Source of the DNA: Octopus bimaculoides
Taxonomy: Eukaryota
Reading direction: 5' to 3'
DNA: 37,398 bases
NCBI RefSeq assembly: GCF_001194135.2
Contig: NC_069002.1
Coordinates: forward strand, 1,755,528 to 1,792,925
Positions 34,540 through 37,398 of this stretch are shown here, piece after piece. How positions within the stretch are numbered: position 1 is the stretch's first letter; each line of letters starts with the position of its first letter. The position numbers were made by a program, and so were the translations under genes. The notes below the pieces were generated by a model. It saw only the letters and a list, made by a program, of their open reading frames with translations. It searched no databases and was not told where the DNA came from.

Positions 34540-34965
34540 GCAGCTCCTGGTGATCCTTGATAGAGCACGACCTGCGATCAAAAGTATTCCAATTATGAAC
34601 TTCCCGCCTTTCCCTGGGGCCCACATTTACCCTGTCTTTTCCTACGACGGTAGAGCGTGTTTTGAAGGAGGTTTGATTGCTTCTAGCTCTCCAATCCACC
34701 ATGACTTGGAGAGATGCGGAGAGACAAAGAGCGAGAGAGACAGCGAGAGAGAGAGATAGAGAGACAGAGAGAGTGATGGAGAGAGAGAGGTGAGGTTCCT
34801 TAGCTGCATGTCATCTCTGGTACAGTAAGACCAACGATCAAAGAGTTGCGACCATTCTTTTTCTAGGGTCACATTTATGCTATGCGTCTTTTTCCTACGG
34901 CAGTACAGTGCGGTTTAAGATGGTTTTGGTCGCTATTTCTAACAGGCTAAGCTTGGCGAGATGCG
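34540..34965 (+). mobile_element. Two tandem decayed family D copies separated by a GA-rich tract
   Basis: Both contain cgatcaaa...gtcttt(t)tcctacg..gt..gtg..tt..ag..ggttt followed by ttcta(g/a)c and cttgg.gagatgcggaga (about 34540-34712 and 34790-34970). Confidence 0.5.
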
Positions 34966-36073
34966 GAGAAAGAGAGAGAAATGGTTGGATGAGCGAGAAA
35001 AAGTGAGACTTAGAAAGAGACACCGATCCATTGTTGTGAGTTCGGTCTCTTGTACTCCATGGAAACCCGGAGTCATAGCACTCGAGTGAAATAAAATTAC
35101 TTGCATGTATGTATAAATGTATGTTATGTGCGCATGTTTCTTCTCTTTTATTTATTTCTCAAAATTCTTCCTAGAATGAGAGAGCTGATTTCTGACAGGA
35201 AAACAAATGGTCCATCATTAAAATTTGAATAAACGAAATGATATTTATTAGATATTGAACTTTTAGAAAGTTTTTCAACGGATCAGGAAAGGGGGCATCA
35301 AACACCAAACGGCATCGAACACCAAATCACATCCTTATTCCTCAACAGGAGAGCCCTGTCTTTGTGGTTTACACAGCCTATATAGGTTATATATATATAT
35401 ATATNNNNNNNNNNNNNNNNNNNNNNNNNNNNNNNNNNNNNNNNNNNNNNNNNNNNNNNNNNNNNNNNNNNNNNNNNNNNNNNNNNNNNNNNNNNNNNNN
35501 NNNNNNNNNNNNNNNNNNNNNNNNNNNNNNNNNNNNNNNNNNNNNNNNNNNNNNNNNNNNNNNNNNNNNNNNNNNNNNNNNNNNNNNNNNNNNNNNNNNN
35601 NNNNNNNNNNNNNNNNNNNNNNNNNNNNNNNNNNNNNNNNNNNNNNNNNNNNNNNNNNNNNNNNNNNNNNNNNNNNNNNNNNNNNNNNNNNNNNNNNNNN
35701 NNNNNNNNNNNNNNNNNNNNNNNNNNNNNNNNNNNNNNNNNNNNNNNNNNNNNNNNNNNNNNNNNNNNNNNNNNNNNNNNNNNNNNNNNNNNNNNNNNNN
35801 NNNNNNNNNNNNNNNNNNNNNNNNNNNNNNNNNNNNNNNNNNNNNNNNNNNCATGTTTGATAGATTTTATCACATTGGAATCATCATCGTAATCATCATC
35901 GTCATCATCATCATCATCATCGTCATCAACTTCGACGTCGGCTGCTTTCTCCACCTCTTCCCCTTCTTCTTCCTCCTCCTCCACTTCTTCCTCCTCCTCT
36001 TCCTCCTCCTCTTCCTCCTCCTCCTATTCTGCTTCCTTCCCCTGGTATATATGAATGTAAGTATACTATACCA

Positions 36074-36191
36074 GGCGTAGTTGTGTGGTAAGAAGTTTGC
36101 TTTTCAATCACATGGTTCCAGGCTCAATCTCACTGCGTGGGATCGTGGACAAGTGTCTTCTACCATAGCCTCGAACCGACTGAAAGCCCTT
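36074..36191 (+). mobile_element. SINE family B, 5' part
   Basis: ggcgtagttgtgtggtaagaagtttgcttttcaatcacatggttccaggctcaatctcactgcgtgg...aagtgtcttctaccatagcctcgaaccgac. Confidence 0.75.
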
Positions 36192-36509
36192 CCATATATA
36201 TTTCATCATCATCATCATCATCATCGCACTAATCGTCATGATTGTCGTCGTCTTTCGCCTTAATCTATTGGTTGATTAATTTATTCGTTCACTAATTAAT
36301 AAACCAATCAATGAATTCATGTACAGGGACAAGGCTTAGCACTGTTGTCACATAGACACAAACGTATACACGCTGGCATAAACACACACACACACACACG
36401 TAGCAACAGGCGGACTCTGGCACTCTACATCAATTCTCTACCACCTGCTAAACTTGATTTGCAAGGAGTTTGCAATATCAAACGAGATTTATTCACTTAA
36501 ACACTTCCT

Positions 36510-36615
<106 letters not shown>

Positions 36616-37032
36616 CGGGCGACGTATTGTGTTCTTGAGCAATTAGGTATTCCACAAGAATTAGTCCTTGTGAAGTATTTTCATCAATCATGCTCAACAG
36701 ACTTCATATTAATCATAAATTCTTTGGAGCTACGTCATTCAGTCTATACTAAACACATATACGAAAATAGTCAAATTCTGACATATGTTGTAAACGAAGT
36801 ACCTGTGATGCTAAACAGCGTTGTTTCGAGAACTGTGTCTTTCATCAGACGGTGTAAAGATATATACATCTACCCAGAACGGATGAATGTATTGAGATGA
36901 AGTTATTGAAAAACAGACACACTTTATATCGAACTGAACAAAAATATTATATATTATAATATTATTATATATCATATTTATGATATATTTACTTTTTGAT
37001 TCGTCCTCGTATATGTTATTCAACAAAGTTTT

Positions 37033-37375
37033 GTTCGTCTTGACGCTTTGAGTTCAAATTCCGCCGAGGTTAACTTTGTTTTTATCCTTTCGGGTTCAAT
37101 AAAATAAATACCAGTTCATCCATGTATCAACCAGTGCCCTCTCCCCAAATTTCAAGCCATGTGCCTATAGTAGAAAGGACGCCGAACAAAGTACTTAATG
37201 GTTTTACGTCCGCCTTTACGTTCTGATTCAAATTTCGTCGAGCCCAGCTTTTCCTTCCAGCCTCCCTAGGTCGATAAAATAAGTACCAGTTGCGCACCGG
37301 AAGTCGATGTGCTCCACTTGTCGCTTCTCCCGAAATTAGTGGCCTTGGGTTAAAATTTGAAACTATTATTATTGT
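37033..37375 (+). mobile_element. Two tandem SINE family A copies (about 37033-37178 and 37180-37375)
   Basis: First copy: tgagttcaaattccgccgaggttaactttg...gtgcctatagtagaaagg. Second copy: ctttacgttctgattcaaatttcg...gtcgataaaataagtaccagttg...aaaatttgaaactattatt. Confidence 0.75.
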
Positions 37376-37398
37376 TGTTGTAGTTGTTGCTGTTGTTA

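Noticed and set aside
35304-35337. 17-bp tandem duplication ggcatc(a/g)aacaccaaa
   Set aside because: An ordinary short slippage duplication with no further structure.

Overview
Eukaryotic, microsatellite-saturated genomic DNA with about 19 N-gaps (about 7 kb, roughly 19% of the window). The tRNA-derived SINE content and simple-repeat style point to a cephalopod, most likely an Octopus draft scaffold (inference). The only protein-coding gene I can support is the 3' part of a tailless/TLX (NR2E1) nuclear receptor on the + strand. Three exons are visible: the DBD C-terminal extension plus hinge (5385-5608), mid-LBD (9867-10016) and terminal LBD (15073-15341). The zinc-finger exons are not in the window and should lie upstream. 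The exon(s) for the first part of the LBD are not in readable sequence and are probably hidden in gaps between 5609 and 9866. The rest is intron or intergenic DNA: three tRNA-headed SINE families, one unclassified interspersed repeat family, a decayed mariner transposon, a probable retroposon 3' tail, a 57-bp minisatellite and many microsatellites. Almost all ORFs in the supplied track are artefacts of simple repeats or N-runs. The most notable unexplained structures are a 229-bp fold-back element (18928-19156), an inverted SINE pair just past the gene's 3' end, an exact 22-bp intronic duplication, and two ETS/CRE composite sites. I found no evidence for a new multi-gene system.
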